Assembly (NCBI GenBank): GCA_024704765.1 | Contig: JAKMXF010000077.1 | Span: 263,220 to 327,219, forward strand | Direction of reading: 5' to 3' | Origin: Oopsacas minuta | Lineage: Eukaryota; Animalia; Porifera | Length of the DNA: 64,000 nt | Shown: positions 12,667 through 26,743 of the stretch, one piece after another | Numbering within the stretch: the first letter of the stretch is position 1 | Layout: the number at the start of each line of letters is the position of its first letter | Program-made: the position numbers and the translations under genes | The notes under the pieces: model-generated | The model's input: the letters and a program-made list of their open reading frames with translations, nothing else | Databases searched by the model: none | What the model was told of the DNA's origin: nothing

Positions 12667-14582
12667 GGTACAATTACACTAATGTACCTCTTTTTACTGG
12701 TAAGAGATGTCAAATCACTGCTAATCGATTTGAATAGAGTATGTTCAGAGAAGAATATTAATCGAAAGAAATCCAAAATCGAATGAAAACTGACAAAGTT
12801 GGAACATTTTGGGCTACTAAGCCAAATCCTATGGAGAAAATTGTATTATCGAATAGACGCACATAATACTAATAGAATTGCTTGCATTAGACTATCCAAT
12901 ATAACTGGAAGTGCATATTGCATATTGAGGTTAACGAGTAAGAGATTTTGAGCTCAGCTTAACTACGACTGTAACAATGTAACTAAAGGAATGCGAAACC
13001 ACAGAAGATATACTTCTGTGGCTAGTTACATACATTATATACACATAAGAATTTCTGACAAATCTACATAATAAGCAAGGCATTACATGCATTATAATAA
13101 TGTCTAAATTGAGATCTATACTACAGGATACTGTGACCTAATTCCTGAAATGATGTTCTTGAAACTGTTTGAACAATTTTTCTTCCTCCAGCAATGTTCT
13201 GCCGGATAAGTATCGAGGAGTTCCGGATTAGTTACCATCGAATTTCTGCTTCTTTTTTAAAATGCCCCCAGACAATTCAATGGTTTGCGTATGCGCACCT
13301 GTTGTTGGGTCCACAATATTTTCGCTATGATTAACTGCATAATGAGGAAATGTTCCGGGGTGTATTTGATTATAGGAAGCCCATTTGTCAGACATTATGA
13401 TACTTCCTGGGCGAATAAATTCATTAACCAATGGAATAAGTGCAGAAGCCGATCTATCTGCAACTGGTATCATAAACATGTCACTAGTTCCCCTACAAAC
13501 TCCACCAAACACCCATTGACGAGATAGTAACCTACCACGACTGTATTTATGATGACCAAATTTGCTTTCATCAATTTCCACAATCTCCTAGTCCTCCTAT
13601 AGGCTCGGGTACGATAAATACCCTGTTACGCAAAGGTCACGCATATAGTATTTCCAGTCTGTAATTGTGAACCTTGACCATCGTAAATTTTCTTCAAAAG
13701 TTTCTGTAGTCTGATAATCCTTTGGCCAGAGAAAGATAAACTCAATGAGCTCTATGAGTTTTAGGTTAGAGGACTGTTGCGTAGGATTTTGACCCGCAAT
13801 ACAAAATCCCAATAGCATATCCATGGTGCGGGTCAAATTCCTATGCAATAGGACTCAAAGAATGAACCTACCCTAAGTAACGCTACCTTTCTACATGCTT
13901 TCTCCATGCACCTCCAACCTAGCTCTTCAGCAGCATGGGAAAATTTCCCTATCTTCGTTAATCTTCTGCATTTACATACCATTCCCCTTGCCAGAAGGCC
14001 ATTCTTTTGCACCATCTATGACTGTATCCTGGTCAGTAACTATGCTTTGGTAAAATCTTTCCAATGCAACAACACCAATATCTGGAAAACAATTGGCATT
14101 AACATCGGAGTAAATGTTAGTGAAGCAGCAGCCGTGGATTTGTGTTTGAATTAATTCTAAAGTGATTAATGGGAAAATACTATATTTATGTTGACGAATG
14201 CAAAATGTAATATGATAAGGTTAACTTGCCATAGAAGTATATCTCCTGTGTTTTCGCATTCCTTTTGTTACATTGTTACAGTCGTAGTCAAGCTGAGCTC
14301 AAAATCTCTTACTCGTTAACCTCAATATGCAATATGCACATCCAGTTATATTGCATAGTCTAATGCAAGCAATTCTATTAGTATTACGTGCGTCTATTCG
14401 ATAATACAATTTTCTCCATAGGATTTGGCTTAGTAGCCAAAAATGTTCCAACTTTGTCAGTTTCATTCGATTTTGGATTTCTTTCGATTAATATTCTTCT
14501 CTGAACATACTCTATTCAAATCTATTAGCAGTGATGTGATATCTCTTAACAGTAAAAAGAGGTATATTAGTGTAATTGTACC
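12667..14582 (-). mobile_element. Merlin (IS1595/ISXO2-like) element with ~360-bp TIRs, decayed transposase
   Basis: Ends GGTACAATTACAC...GTGTAATTGTACC; arms 12667-~13030 and ~14222-14582. Fragments CKC...WRCMEKACRK...GSFFE, TDWKYYMRDLC and EIDESKFGHHKYSRGR...WVFGG...SDKWASY...VNHS...HTQTIE. No TSD recognised. Confidence 0.88.
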
Positions 14583-15183
14583 CGCTAAAATGTTGCCATC
14601 ATTTTACTATTTAAGTCAAAGTATATGGGGATATATTGCAAACACTGAATGAAGTCAAATTAAACGCAATACACGTTGTTTGTGTTCACTTTGCCTATGC
14701 TCACTAATCTCTCAAGTTTTGCATTTCAATGAATATTTATTTTAAATTATTTCATATATAATGTTTTACAAAAGAGAGGTCATGAACTAACTAAAGAAAG
14801 TTTATGATTAATAAAGCCACTTTGAGAACACATATGAAGACTAATATTAGTTTAAATACCTCAACTATTGATATAATTGTAAAGTAGTATATGATTACCC
14901 AAAAGTTTTAATAGGAATGCAACATTTTCAATAATAAAACAAAATATGTGGTAATAATCGAAACAAAAAATGCTAATGTCAGTAATATGGTTATTTCAAA
15001 TTACGATGCCACAAAATTTTGGCATTTCTTCTAGCAATTGTGCTACATCGATGGGCTGACTGATATATAATACTCTACGTATTGATACTACAACTAATGG
15101 ATTTAAAGCCTATACTTGAGCTCAGTGTTTTCAGTGAAATCCCACACAGGATTTGATTATTCATTAAATTATTATCCTTCCAT

Positions 15184-15480
15184 TGGTTAAACACGTATGG
15201 CTTATTAGCTTGTCGAATACGGTGTCGTTGTAGAGTAGACATGTATGAATCATATTCTTCTCACTTTCAGGATAGCTATGAATGGAGATGTAGTCTATGT
15301 AGACGAAAGTGTTCGATCTGCCATAGGCCTTTTCACACGATCCAAATTACCACTCCCATTGATGTTGAAGTTCCTGTAACATTGCAGTGAGGACTTGCAA
15401 TCGCATGCATTTTGGAGAAGCACTTGGGGATGGAGTCCGAACACAGTGGTTGATCGGAAATTTATATGAGGGATATATGT
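15184..15480 (+). pseudogene. Second, distinct Merlin transposase N-terminal fragment
   Basis: WLNTYGLLACRIRCRCRVDM...DSYEWRCSLCRRKCSI, then after frameshifts FTRSKLPL and LGWSPNTVVDR...MRDIC. Same zinc-ribbon and DW...RxxC pattern as the element at 12667. Confidence 0.6.
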
Positions 15481-16049
15481 TTTGGAATAAATATTAATGA
15501 ACCCTCAACATATTGGATATCCTGACTAAATCGTTGAACTAGACAAATACAAATTCGAAAACGAAAGTATAATAGAGGGAGACTGTTGAGGCCAAAATAT
15601 TTTTCAAAATTGACTTGAGATCAGTCAAGGGATTTTTCTGGAAAGTTTTGATTTTAATAGGTTGGTAGGTTGCTAAAATTGTAAAGCATTATTTGAATAT
15701 TTCACCTGATCTTAATTGAGTTATCACATTTAGTGATCAATGGGTATTACATATATTGTTAATCCGGCATCCATGGTTAAATTGTATTTTCATATTTCTA
15801 GTGAACTCGATGTATTATTTTAAGGTAAATATTGGCATCATACTTTTTGTTATGTTAAACATTATTGGTGGATTAAATTTATATTATCTCAATTTAGTGT
15901 TATTAGACATCAAAGAATATCATGAGGGTGATATTGGCAGGAAACTATGATAATTTGGGATAATGGGACAATGGATGGAAAAACAAGGGCCTAGAAAAGA
16001 GTTTTAAATAAGCACAAATCAAAATCAATTTTCAGAACAACATCCATTT

Positions 16050-16330
16050 CTCCCAAATGCTACCATCCCCAATTTTGGCCAATACATGTCAATTATCCAA
16101 AATTCAAGAATGTCCCATTTTCGCTAATGCAACATTGTCCACTTATCCTAAATAGAATAATGTTTAATGTTAGCAAATATACAGTATGTCCAATTTTCCT
16201 AAATGCAACAATGTCAAATTTTCACAAATATAGGTATAAGTATCCTAAATATAGCAAAATCGAGTTCCAAAATATATGTCTAACTATTCAAATATACAAT
16301 GTCCAATTTGCCAATATAATGATGTTACAT
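16050..16330. repeat. Degenerate short tandem repeat (~20-nt motif AATGCAACAATGTCCAATTTT)
   Basis: Several diverged copies of the motif are visible; resembles the subterminal repeats of foldback/MITE elements. Confidence 0.45.
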
Positions 16331-17129
16331 TGGAATATCTTATATTTTAAAACTCTTAGTCCTGGTAGATACCCGAAGAGTTCATGTCACCATATTAGCA
16401 CCGTAATGTATTTGTGTTGCATGATTGGTAAATAGTAAATAGATTATATTTAGTGTATATACAAAATATACTTATTTATCATATGATTAATCATATTGCT
16501 ACACCTTGTGGGCAATATTTCAACCTTGTCCTAAAGATTAGCCTCCACTGGCTAGTTTGGGGTAAACAATGAAGTAGATTTCGATTCCGATACTCAAAAC
16601 GGAACTATATTACGGAAAAGAATAGGAAAGTGACTTCTTCGTTCGCGTCTTGACTAGTTCAATTGTTCCAGGGCTAGCCCCGGGGCAATCGATTCCTATC
16701 ATCATGGGGCAATGGCAGAAGTTCTAAATCCGGGGTTATTGCCCAGATGCTCCCCCCATAGGACCTCGACTTATTGGGTAGACAGGTTCATATGAGTGTA
16801 AATAATTACTCAATAGTTTCAATTTCGCAAAAATTTTAAATGGCAACATGGTACATGTCTGACTATGTAAGTAAATTAAATACTCCAAAATAATGAATAA
16901 ATTTAGTGTGTGAAAATAATACTCTTGACGTCTTGAATTGTTGTTATCATGCGCAAAATTATCAGATTGTCTATTTTCATTATAATGGTAACTTTGTTGC
17001 ATATTTCTGCACTACTCTACCAGTAATTGTGATGTCTCAGCAAAGAAGATATTCTGAAGCAGAAAAGAGGAAACAAAGAGAACAAAAGGAGAGAGATACT
17101 CGGATTGGTGGGAGTTCTCTGCATGTATT

Positions 17130-18300
17130 TTCCTGCCTGTAATCTAAACAGACCTATCCCTGCGAGGCTATTACAGTGTATTTCTCTTGAAAATATATTC
17201 GGTATGGTAATTTAAACCAATCTATCCCCACGAGACTTCAATAGATTTTTTCTTGCATTCATATTCCGTCCAGTAATTTAGACCGATCTCCCACCACAAG
17301 GCTACTATATATTTTTTCTCCTGCATGTATATTCTTGCCCATAATCTTGACTAATCTTTCCACTGGTAGGCGACTATGGGTTTTATCTAGCATTCTTATT
17401 CCTGCCTTGATTATCACCTGTATCTATAATCATGCAAGTACACAACTTTCGAAATCTTCATGTACTCAATCATTGTTATAATTGTGTTTTCTCATTTGTT
17501 TTGAGTATTTGTTCTCGTCACTCTTGTTATGTGTGTGTTCTCTATTGAAATTATCACATGTGGTGTAAATTGTCACCTTATTATACGCGTTGATAGGAAA
17601 TTAATCACCTCATATATATATCTATAGTTGTTTATCTAATGATGCATTGCTCAGATCATATTTGGATGGATCGAACGTTTCGGAATACAAGGTGCATGAT
17701 ATATGATTTCAGTTGGATTCCCGTATATCCCAGCTTCTTCGATTATGTATTGAACGATTCACTCAGAGAAACGACTATTAAAGTAACGATGGTGATAAAT
17801 GGTACTGTGACAGCATGGACTACTCATTCCATCCAATTGATGTCAAGTATGTTTATTGTATAATACAATATTTTCTTTCACAATCGCTAAGACTATTAGT
17901 AAGTTTATGTTTTTCATTTGCATTTCCCGGTGTGTAATATATACATTTCTATTTTGGTGTTCTCTTGTATTCATTTTCCTGCTTATAATCCAGACCAATT
18001 TATTCCTACGAGGCAACTACAGTTATTATTCCTGCATTTATATTCAGTCGTGTAATTTAGACCAATCTCCCCCTGCAAGGCTACTATACACTTTTTCTCC
18101 TATATTTATATTCCTGTCACTAATTTTGACTAATTTATCCCCGCGAGCTACTATATGTTTTCTCTTGCGTTCTTATTCCTTCCTTGTAGTCTACCACATC
18201 CGTCCCTGCCACTGATTATTGCTTTTTCTCCTGCATCATATTCTTCCCACCATTCTGTGTCACTTTATTCCGATACTGATCTTACAAGCTTGTTTCTTTT
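17130..18300. repeat. Two related arrays of 65-68-nt tandem repeats (17130-17420 and 17950-18300)
   Basis: The TATTC anchor recurs at 17196, 17262, 17330, 17397 and at 18041, 18109, 18174. Units share TAATTTAGACCAATCT.CCC...AGGCTACTATA. Confidence 0.8.
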
Positions 18301-19833
18301 ATTCATATTCATTCTCGCTCTCTTCACTGACATTTCAATTTGTTTTTTATATATTTTCTCCTCTTTCGATGAATATTACTTGTTTGTGGACTTTTACTAA
18401 TTGTTTATTTTTCTTGGAGATTCTTTTGCCTTTTTTCATTTTAGTTTAGAACTTCAATTTTTACACTCGCATCTACTCTATTGAATCTTCTTTACTTAGA
18501 TCGGCTATGGATCATTGATGCTGCTTTTTCTATCTAATGTTATAAAATATTAAAAGGAATTTTCTCTGTTGTGCTAGTCTCACTTCTCAATTCTTTTCTA
18601 GGAACTCACTGACTCCCTATATCAAGTAGTCTCTTCAATCAGCTAAGTTTCGTTATAATTGTTCTTTAGTTCACTATCATTGATAATTTCACCTTGTGCG
18701 AGCCGCAACCCGGCTTGCGAACACTGTGTTCGCTTTTAACTCGGAATATTGCGTTTCTAATATTCTTTATGGTAGCAACAATCATTAATAAATATATGAA
18801 ACTGGATTAAATTCTGATTCAGCACATTTGAACGCCCATGTAAAGCAGTTTACAGTAAGTCTCTGCGTCTATTTAAGATTCAAACATTTCTTTACTTTGT
18901 ATTCATAAATATAACAATATTTTTATGATAAAATTATGTTCAAAATCTCAAATCACCTTCTGTGCCAACTTACATTTTCCCAAATTAACTTTAGTTGATT
19001 ATTGAATCTATTATATTCTCCTCAATGTCCATTTTAACAAAGAAGGATAAAATTGAATGTTACTAATCTTGTTTGACATTTAAAGATGTCAAAATCGAAT
19101 TCTACTTCCTTGTTTAGCCTTATTTAACAAGTGGAAGCTAATCTCTAGGATAATTTTGAAATATTCAACAAACCTTGTGAGAATAGGATTTATTATATGA
19201 TAAATCAGCGTATAAATATTTAATTAAATGTATTGACCAATAGAATTACAGTCTACACAATACAAATACACTACAGTGCTAATTTAATTACAAAAACTCC
19301 ACCAAAACGTATTTAAGCATCTATATTAATTGTAAAACCCTAAAATCTGATTTGGTTTAAACCTCTGTAAAATACAGAAGTTTTAAAAGCTCAGAAATTA
19401 TACATATTCGAAATTTTCCGAATCTCAGGTACGCAACTAAATGGCAGTACGAGTATACATAGCATATTTGGTGTCTTGATCTCAAAAAATGTGAACAGTA
19501 GAGCAAAAACATATATACGTGTATACTATTTCAGCCATTTTTGAACTGAGCCACTATACTATGTAATTATATTTGTCAGCACAATAAAAATGAGAAATCG
19601 GATTAAGCATGTTAGATATATTTGGGCAAGTTTTATTGATTTCTGTTTACTTGATTAACATGATAAATACATAGATAATTAGTTACATCATCTCCTTAAT
19701 TTCGAATCCAATATAGCATTCCACAAACCCTTTCTTGACAACAAACAAATTAGCATACAGACAAGATTAGTAATACTAAATATAGATAAATTAATATGCT
19801 TCGCTTTCCATGGCTTCGTTACTGAAACTATTA

Positions 19834-22120
19834 CACAACTCAACAAGATTTCTCATCAGAGATCACATACATTTATCTTAGCATACTTTTGAATGTTGAA
19901 CTCGAATCTGAAATCAGAATTTCTCTACACGTCTATTTATTCTGAAATCCAATATTCATTTTTTCAATAGTATAGTATTACCTAGTTACTAAATTGCTAT
20001 ATGAGCATACCTATTTTGATTCAATTATCTGGAATATAAATGACTTTACTTATTTGAATTCAAGCAAATCAAATTTAAACATGCATCGTAATTGTAGAAC
20101 TCATCGCGACAATTACTGTTACGTTTGTGGTCCTTTTTGCGTAAAATCACAAAGACGACCAATCACAAATCAATTAAAGAACATATACAAATTGTACTTC
20201 GAATGTCCACTTGGTGACCAAGACAAGTCGTGGGCACCACATGTTATATGCACTTCTTGTTCAAGTGGACTACGTGATTGGTTGAACACAAGGAGAGTTT
20301 CAATGCCATTTGCAATACCCATGGTCTGGAGGGAACAGAAAAATCACCTTCATGATTGTTACTCTTGCCTTATGGACATTACAGGATTCTCAGCCAAGAA
20401 TAAGCACGCTCTTGTTTACCCAGACTTGGATTCTGCTCGCAGGCCAATTCCACACGACATCTCATTACCAATCCCAATTCCCAAGCCACAGCAAATTAAA
20501 ATCGGGTCTGATATGATGGAAGATGTTCATGCAGATTCTACAGATGCTAATTATGTCCCGGAAGATGAATTACTAGAGCCACAAACATTTACACAGGGAG
20601 AATTGAATAACCTGTTCAGGGATCTAAACTTATCTAAAGACAAAGCTGAACTCCTTGCATCCAGGCTCAAACAGAAACCTACTCGACAAAGATGTCCTAG
20701 CATCCCACTATGGCAAACGAAATTTCGATCTCGCTCAACACTACACCACTGATGGTCCACTGCGCTATTGTAATGATATCAAAGGACTCTATGCAACCCT
20801 ATTACAAGAACATTGTTCCTCTGATTGGCGCCTTTTCATCGACTCGTCAAAACGCAGTTTGAAAGCTGTTCTGTTGCATAACGTTGATCTAACGCCTAGC
20901 GTTCCAATTGCTCACTCCGTCTATCTCAAAGAAACCTTCGTCAATTTGCAGGAAGTTTTGGAGGCAATACAGTCTAGAACACATATATGGAATATCTGCG
21001 GTGATCTTAAGATAATCGGGATATTGATGGGCTTGCAACAAGGTTTTACAAAGTATTGTTGTTTCCTATGTCTATGGGACAGCCGAGCAACTGGTGAACA
21101 TTATAAAAAATGTGATTGGCCGAAGAGAACATATGAAGTGGAGAAAACTAATTTACAGCATTCGCCATTGGTAGATCCAAACAAAGTTTTCTTACCCCCA
21201 CTTCATATTAAACTTGGATTAATGAAAACATTCGTTAAAACAATGGGCAAAACAAATTCTGCGGGATTTCTGCATTTGGTGGCAAATTTCTGAAACTAAG
21301 CGAGGCAAAGTTAAAAGAGGGAGTATTTGTAGGACCACAAATCAGACAAGTATTCAGAGATCCACATTTCGAGAAGACATTATCCGAATTAGAAATGAGT
21401 GCTTGGAATTCTTTCAAATGGGTTTGTGAAAATTCTTTGGGCAATAAGAAGTCGTCCAACTACAGAGAAGGAGTGGAAACCTTGCTTAACGCATACGAGA
21501 AGATGGGCTGTCGCATGTCGCTAAAACTTCACTTCTTCCATTCTCACCTTGATTTTTTCCCTGAGAACCTTGGTACTGTAAGTGATGAATAGGGTGAGAG
21601 ATTCCACCAAGACATACAGGAGATGGAAACCCGATACCAAGGTTTCTGGAATGAGGGTATGATGTCCGATTACTGTTGGAGGCTCTTCAGAGATAATCCC
21701 AACAAGATGTATAAAATGAAGTCGTACTCTCAACACTTTTAATTTGGTTAGCTACCTTTATACTTCTAGGTGGATATGTATTTCCCCTTAGTTTGTGAGT
21801 AGTTGATACATGCATGAATGTGAATAATTATATGAAGAGCTAGGATAATAACTGATATTATCTTGGCATTAATCTAAAACATCGAAATGTTGATTTATTT
21901 CAGATGACTATCATGTAAGAAGACAAAAAGACAGCCACTACCATAAAATAACAGGAAAAATTTCGGAAATACATAAAAATCGTTGACTTGTAGATGGAAA
22001 AAAAAAACTGGACGTGCTGGAAAGAATCTGAAAGCAGATTTGAATTCAGCGTAAAAACTAGCATAGAAAATGTCAATCTAATACTTGATAAGGAAATGAA
22101 GTTAAATTTGTTGACCTGTG
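19834..22120 (+). mobile_element. Chapaev3 (CMC superfamily) element, full length, defective
   Basis: TTA|CACAACTCAACAA ... TTGTTGACCTGTG|TTA (CAC termini, 3-bp TWA TSD); 2287 bp. Transposase ~20080-21740 with CYVCG...GDQDKSWAPH, WRLFIDSS, ICGDLK, LPPLHIKLGLMK, SDE*GERFHQD. Confidence 0.88.
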
Positions 22121-22984
22121 TTATCAAATGAGACATTTGCGTGATCACTTCTTTAGCAGGTGCGTACTAACGTTGCTTATGATGAATTTGTTCAATATGA
22201 CTAGTGAAATATTATGAGACGCATGCATTTGACCGACTGAAGTAAGATTTGAATGTAGGAATCATGAAGAAACTAGTAATATGGAAAAGCCCTGGGCTCA
22301 GTATAAAGTGAGAATGAAAGCCAGAACATGTACGACGAGAATACTCGTAACTAATGACAGTATATCCTATCCTGTGATTTCTAGTGATGAAAATCTCCAT
22401 AATAAAGGCCATAATTACAACATTTGCAGTCTATCTATTTAAATGTGTCACTAGAAACGATCAAATCGCCTCTAAATTTGAATAGAAATCACAGGAAATC
22501 AATTCCCCCGGAAATTGCGAAGAAGTCTATCCTGAGATCAATGTGAATTGCAATACTCGGTCATCAAGTAGATCTAATGACAAGTAGTACGAGATAAAAC
22601 ACTTATTCAATGTAAAAGATGAATATATACCCAAACAGAGAAGACAAATGAACATATGAATATTTTGAAAGATAGGGAAATAAAAATGAAAAAGTTATAA
22701 AGAATATAGACGTGATACATTATTGAGAAATAAGACTAATCTTAATAGTGGAGTTAAAATTGGACCATCAGTTTTTTCGAACAAATGCATACTTCAAAAT
22801 TCGGAACAATGAAAACTCCAAAATTTCGGACAAATGCAGCTCTCCCAATATTATACCAATATTGGATAAGCAAGATATCAAGTTCCATATCATTTCGTTA
22901 AGTATTTCTCTAGTTATGTCACATCTAATCTAGGCAATAATAGCAGTATACTATAAATAGCGTAATATAGCGACATTAGTTTTA

Positions 22985-23273
22985 TTTCAAATATTACAAA
23001 ACATTCAAATGTAAAATTACAACCAGCGAGGACAGCTTATTTTATTACTTAATTTTGTTGAAAAATTGCACTATTAATTGGAAGCACTATGATTGGTTAG
23101 TGGCACTATTAATTGGTTAGCGGCACTATTTATTGGAGGGAACTATGATTGACTATGATTGGTTATCTCAATATACTTAGTGCCTCCAATTAATAGTGGC
23201 ACTTTTTAAACAAATTTAATTAATAAACTGTCGGCACAAGTTGTAATTTTATATTTTTCCTGGCATTTCAAAT
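22985..23273. mobile_element. Degenerate MITE with internal ~20-nt GCACTATTAATTGG repeats
   Basis: Inverted arms (AAATGTAAAATTACAAC...GCACTATTAATTGG vs their reverse complement at ~23170-23260) around 4 tandem copies of the motif. Ends approximate. Confidence 0.6.
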
Positions 23274-23925
23274 CTATCAAACAATATACTCACAATATAC
23301 TATGATCATCCAGCCCATAAAATATTCAATTTGTTCAGTAATTATAGGCTGACTAAAAATATTTATCGAAGGGAATATTGGAGGAGAATGATCGGTACAA
23401 GTTCAAGAGCCTGAAATTCGGAATCAGTGTATTGAATCACCCCCCTTTGTTGTTTGGACAATCTTCTACGATTATTCAAAGGATATATAATCGGAAAATA
23501 CATATCTTCTAAATTATCCATAGTTAATTTGGAATATATTTTATTCAGAATATAATTAACAAAATTAAGGTTCCGAAAGATTCAAAGAAATTATATGCAC
23601 CACCCATTTTGGGTATTATGAATATCAGATGTTCGGTAAAGATTAAAGTCGCATAACTATGGTTTATCGTATTTATCAAGGAAGTAAATAGAAATAAATA
23701 CAACTTCATTAAAATATCGAACATATTGAATCCGATATTCACACTTTTGGAATAATCATATGTGAATTTATTGTTGTTTTTATGAATATGAAGGGAACAA
23801 ATTAGCCAAATCTTAAAATTTACGTAGAAGCTTGCCTTCAACGGCTACAAAGGGGGTTCATCTTACAAAATATTCAATGACATATATGCTATATACATAT
23901 ATTTGTGAATTACATTGCTCTAAAT

Positions 23926-26191
23926 CAGTGTTTCCCAAACTGGGGGTCGTGGGGCATTGCATTAGTTCGAATTCATAAAAAGTTGAGGGATCTAATTTAG
24001 CAAGTTGTCAATTATCTTTGTTTCGTTTGACCAAGTCTGTTTATGGCTGCTTAGTGTCTGAAAACATATAGTAATATGGTGTTAATTCAAAACTTTATTT
24101 TGAATGGTGTAAACTTACTTATGATGTAATTTTAAAAACTATACTGAACAATATGCATAGTGTATCCTTATTACAGTGTCATTAGTAGCTTAATGGTATT
24201 TAAGTACATTTACGTAATAATTATGTCATAGAAATTTTCTAAAATCAAAATCAACTATCATGGCAACGACTCCATAAAAGCGGAAGTACGCAGAAGATTA
24301 TGTTAACTATGGATTTACCTATATTCAAAATTCTGGAATTCAAAACTCCCAATGAGTCATATGAAATGAGACTCTCTCAGCCGAATCAATGAAACCGAGT
24401 AAATTAACAAGACATCTCGAAACTCGTCATCCTGAACATTCATCTAAAGGTTCTTCATTTTTCAAAAGGATGGATATTGTGTTGAAGCGATCAAGACTTG
24501 ATACAACAGGCACTTATCCACAACAGTCGTTCACCTGTATTGGAGCTTCATACCTTGTATCTTTAAGAATAGTAAGAAAGCACAAACCTCGCACAATTGG
24601 AGAGGACCTCATACTCCCTTGTGCACAGGACATGGTTCAACTTATTTTTGGAAATGAATTCGCCCAAAAGTTATCATACATCTCTCTTTCTAATAACGCC
24701 GTCGAGCGAAGAATTTCTAATATATCGGATGATATCCTGAAACAGATTGTAAAACAATTACTCGTTTCTCTTATTAAGTTGTTTTCACTGCAACGTGATG
24801 AGTCTACAGATTTTTCATCATGCTCACAATTAATGGTATACTGCCGTTATGTCCACAATAATATATTTAAGGAAGAGTTTTTGTTCTGTCGTGAACTTGA
24901 AACCACAACCAGAGCACAGGATGTCTTTGAATTGATTGACAATTTTTTCCAAGATAATAAACTAGAGTGGAAGGATTTGTGTGGCGTTTGTAGTGATGGA
25001 GCGCCAGCTATGCTTGGTTCGCGTTCAGGCTTTCAAAAGTTTGTCAAAGATAAATCACCAGAAGTCACAGGTGTACATTGCGTGATCCATAGACAAGCGC
25101 TAGCTTGTAAAACTATGCTACCACACCTCTTAGAAATGATGTCTACAATAATAAAGATAGTTAACTTTATCAAATCCAGTGCACTTAACACGCGGCTTTT
25201 CAGAGAACTATTCGAGGACATGACCGCTAGTCACCAAACTTTACTCTTTTACACTCAAGTACGTTGGCATTCAAAGGGAGATGTTCTTAAATGAGTCCAA
25301 ATATTGCTTCCGGAGATAAAGGTGTTCCTTGACCAAAATGCAAAACATAAATTTTTGGCAATAATCTCAAATGAGAGGAGCGAAGTGCACCTTGCTTACC
25401 TTGTCGATAGTTTTGATCGTATCAACAGTTTAAATCTCTCTCTTCAAGGCAAAAATAGATACATTTTGATTTGAATGGAAAACTAAATGCTTTCCAAATG
25501 AAACTTAAGGATTGGAAAAGAAAAATTGAAAATGAAACATTTGTATGTTCGAAGGGTTATCTGAACTTTTCGAGAAGAAAGATATCAGGCTAGACAAGGA
25601 CACCAAAGGTACTATCATGGAACACCTTGCAGCTATGGAATCTGAATTTCCCATTATTTTCCTGAAGTGGTGTATCGAATTTAATTTACTCAGAAATCCA
25701 TTCATTGTATCTCTTCAAACAATGCCTGATAAGAATGATTGGGCTCAGGATGAATTAATAGAACTTATCAATGATGGATCTGCAGAGGAAGTCTTTGAAA
25801 GAGAGGAATTGAGTACTTTTTGGAGCTTAATGAAAGATTCATATCCCACATTGACAAGAATTGTGCTGCGAAAACCTCTACCATTTGCGACAACTTACCT
25901 CGGTGAATCAGTTTTCCACTCTTCTACAGCTAAAGATGTAGCACTAGGAATAGATTAAAAGTGGAAGATGATCTACGTTGCGACTCTCTACCACAGAGCC
26001 TGAAATACAAGAGTTAGTTAAGCAGAAACAACTACATCCTTCACACTAGAAAACATGTATTGGCGATATCATATCATAATACTACTGAATTGATCATGAA
26101 TTATTATATAATCCTAGTTAACTTTGGAGGGTCGCGAGGTTTTTGATGAACTAATACTGGGTCGCTAAGTATATAAGTTTGGGAACCACTG
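23926..26191 (+). mobile_element. hAT, Buster group (ZBED8/SCAND3-like transposase), defective
   Basis: TIR CAGTGTTTCCCAAAC / GTTTGGGAACCACTG; 8-bp TSD CTCTAAAT/TTCTAAAT (nnnTAnnn). MKPSKLTRHLETRH, DESTD, SDGAPAM, HCVIHRQAL, TQVRWHSKG. Confidence 0.93.
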
Positions 26192-26743
26192 TTCTAAATA
26201 TATCTATATTGTAATACTCAAGATGCTGTCAATTTGGGGAATAATGGATACCTCGAGATGCAATTGCCGAGTTTATCACGAGCTGACTAGCCAAAGGCTC
26301 ATACCTTATATTTCGATATCTCTTCAACTTTACACATAAATCCCAATATTCGTAAGTGGCAATAATTACCCATTGTGTGTCTCCCTATATTAATCGCCAC
26401 TTCATTGAGTCAAATATTCAACCCTACTTCCAAGCTCTGGGATTTAGTATGGTAGAAATATTAATAGTATAAATAATAATTCAATAATAATACAGATTCG
26501 GTGCAGAAAGACTGTTCTCAGTTCCTAACACTGTGATTGAAGTGGATACAACGTCAATAAGTGAAGGAGAGCATAACAACAATAATAGAGATCGGATTTT
26601 TCACGTAATCCCTAAGCATTCTTAAGATGATTAGTGAACTTGGATCAATATCAGGCTTCACCTTGGTCCAATTATATGTATTTCAGTTTTTTCATCATTA
26701 ACTTTTGAAAAATTTCGCATCCATCCATGTATATGTGATATAC

